Origin: Leucoraja ocellata
Lineage: Eukaryota
Length of the DNA stretch: 64,000 nucleotides
Assembly: GCA_036785375.1 (NCBI GenBank)
Contig: JAWMAR010000792.1
Location: 372,001-436,000 of the forward strand
Direction: 5' to 3'
Under the pieces are notes generated by a model that saw only the letters and a program-made list of their open reading frames with translations, was not told the origin of the DNA and searched no databases. Positions 62,567 through 64,000 of the stretch are shown one piece after another. A program made the position numbers and the translations under genes. Positions within the stretch are counted from its first letter, which is position 1; every line of letters begins with the position of its first letter.

Positions 62567-63119
62567 AAGAATCAGCACTGTTATATCTCTAGGCAACCTC
62601 CCAAACTTACATCTTTTATCACCAGCAAGGGCAAGGATTCCCGGTACAATTAAAACATTTTTTAAATTTAATTTAATTTTTTTTAATTATTATATAAACA
62701 CATTTTCTTCTTTTTATTGCGCATAACTCAACTTGGAAATATCACATCCTTCCTGTTCATGGGACAAAATCCCAAACTGCTTCTCCAGTAAGATTAAGGA
62801 GAGCCCCTTCAGCTCAAGAACTGCCTCATATCAAGGTAACTTGCAACCTTCAAGATTATAAGTGGGATGTGCATCACATGCTGATTTTACTGGCAACACC
62901 CAGATCCCAAGAGGAAATAAAATAAAACTTCTACACCAGATACCCACACTCATGCCACATTACACCGTGTGGTCCAAAGCTAGAAATATTTGACCTACTC
63001 GTTTTGCTTTACGTTCTGGGTTTGAACCACGATCTTGTTTCTGAACGGAGCAGGAAAAACCAATTAGTTGGACTTGCAGGATATTTTTTTTTGGCCACAA
63101 AAGCAATTAGTATCCTTAC

Positions 63120-63490
63120 CACTTTGCGTTCAGGCACAGTTTTCTTTGGTTCATTGGTCTCCTTTGAGACTGAACCTGGATCCCACCTTGTCTCTGGAAT
63201 ATCAGAGTATTGGCTATCCCATTTCTTCGGCTGTTCCTCCCGCTTCCTGGTGATATATTCTGCATCCCACTTCTTCACAGGTTCTTTTTCTTGTTGTTTT
63301 CTACTAGTGTATTCCTCATCCCACATTTTAGGAGGGGCGTCTTCACGTTTCCTACTGATGTAATCGCCATCCCATTTATTGGGGACTGCCTCTTTCTTCC
63401 TACCAACAAACTCTCCTTCCCAGTTCCTCGGCTTTTCGGCTGCTGTTTTGCAGAGTAGTCAGTTTTGTTCACGTACTGCCTATTCAAAAA
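63120..63490 (-). CDS. CAPRIN2: Caprin-2 large internal exon with an apparent 1-nt frameshift near 63440-63460
   Basis: ccctcttag|TTT TTG AAT AGG gives FLNRQYVNKTDYSAK (caprin FLNR motif). The rest (AEKPRNWEGEF…PERKV|gtaagg) is in another frame. Length 371 = 3n+2. Upstream exons lie beyond the window. Confidence 0.85.
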
Positions 63491-64000
63491 CTAAGAGGGA
63501 ATACATCAGTCCTATGCAGTTCACAAATGCTTAATTACATTCAAGAGGGTACAAATGTGCTCATGGTCCAATTTTGTTTATCAGCTCTGGACTTGATCAA
63601 TCTAGAGCCATGAGATATCACCACTCAAGAGGGTTCCTGTGAGGCAGACTACCCAGTTTAAGAATGGTATCGAGTTTCCAGATTTCAACATCTCATTATC
63701 AAGACCAGTTGTTCAATGTTCAAAGAAAGTTGGTGGACATTGTTATACACATTTCAGATTACTTTTTAAATTGTTTGAACTGCTCGACATTCTCATACAA
63801 TAGTACAGAAAATTCTGAGACACATTGACACCCCAATTGGTACATGTTTTTTTTTTTTGTTTTGTTTTTTTTAAAACAGTTAATTTATTGTGCAAGATAA
63901 CAGGATGGGTAGAGACAAGAAGTCAGCCAGCATTATTGCACTTGGTATACAAATTCAAGTGACAGTAGTCCTGCACTGAGGGACCACCGCATGGTTCAAA

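Noticed and set aside
63430-63460. Programmed -1 ribosomal frameshift explaining the CAPRIN2 break
   Set aside because: No X XXY YYZ heptamer in the zero frame and no obvious downstream structure. A homopolymer error is simpler.

Overview
Vertebrate genomic DNA, AT-rich and repeat-dense. The repeat families (HE1-like tRNA SINEs, CR1, Rex1/Babar, Penelope-derived palindromes) suggest a cartilaginous fish, probably a skate or ray; this is an inference. Two spliced genes lie in tandem on the minus strand. The 3' part of CAPRIN2 has 12 coding exons from 63490 down to the C1q-domain terminal exon ending at 40622. The 5' part of IPO8 (importin-8) has a CpG-island promoter at ~25760-26500 and coding exons 1-5 from 26107 down to 676. 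All exons were placed by hand using GT/AG boundaries, and their phases are mutually consistent. The one exception is the CAPRIN2 exon at 63120-63490, which has an apparent 1-nt frameshift. Nearly all other ORFs in the track are spurious or transposon debris. I cannot demonstrate a clearly new system. The best leads are: (i) short Penelope-derived elements carrying minimal hammerhead-ribozyme cores, some with target-site duplications, one in a triple tandem, several in the pre-mRNA sense; (ii) the CAPRIN2 frameshift and the W-D/E tandem motif array just after it; (iii) a 4x CRE+GC-box composite array and two overlapping uORFs at the IPO8 5' end; (iv) a 740-bp G-rich satellite that apparently grew out of a Harbinger-type MITE; (v) GC-rich SINE-like elements with Rex1-type tails.
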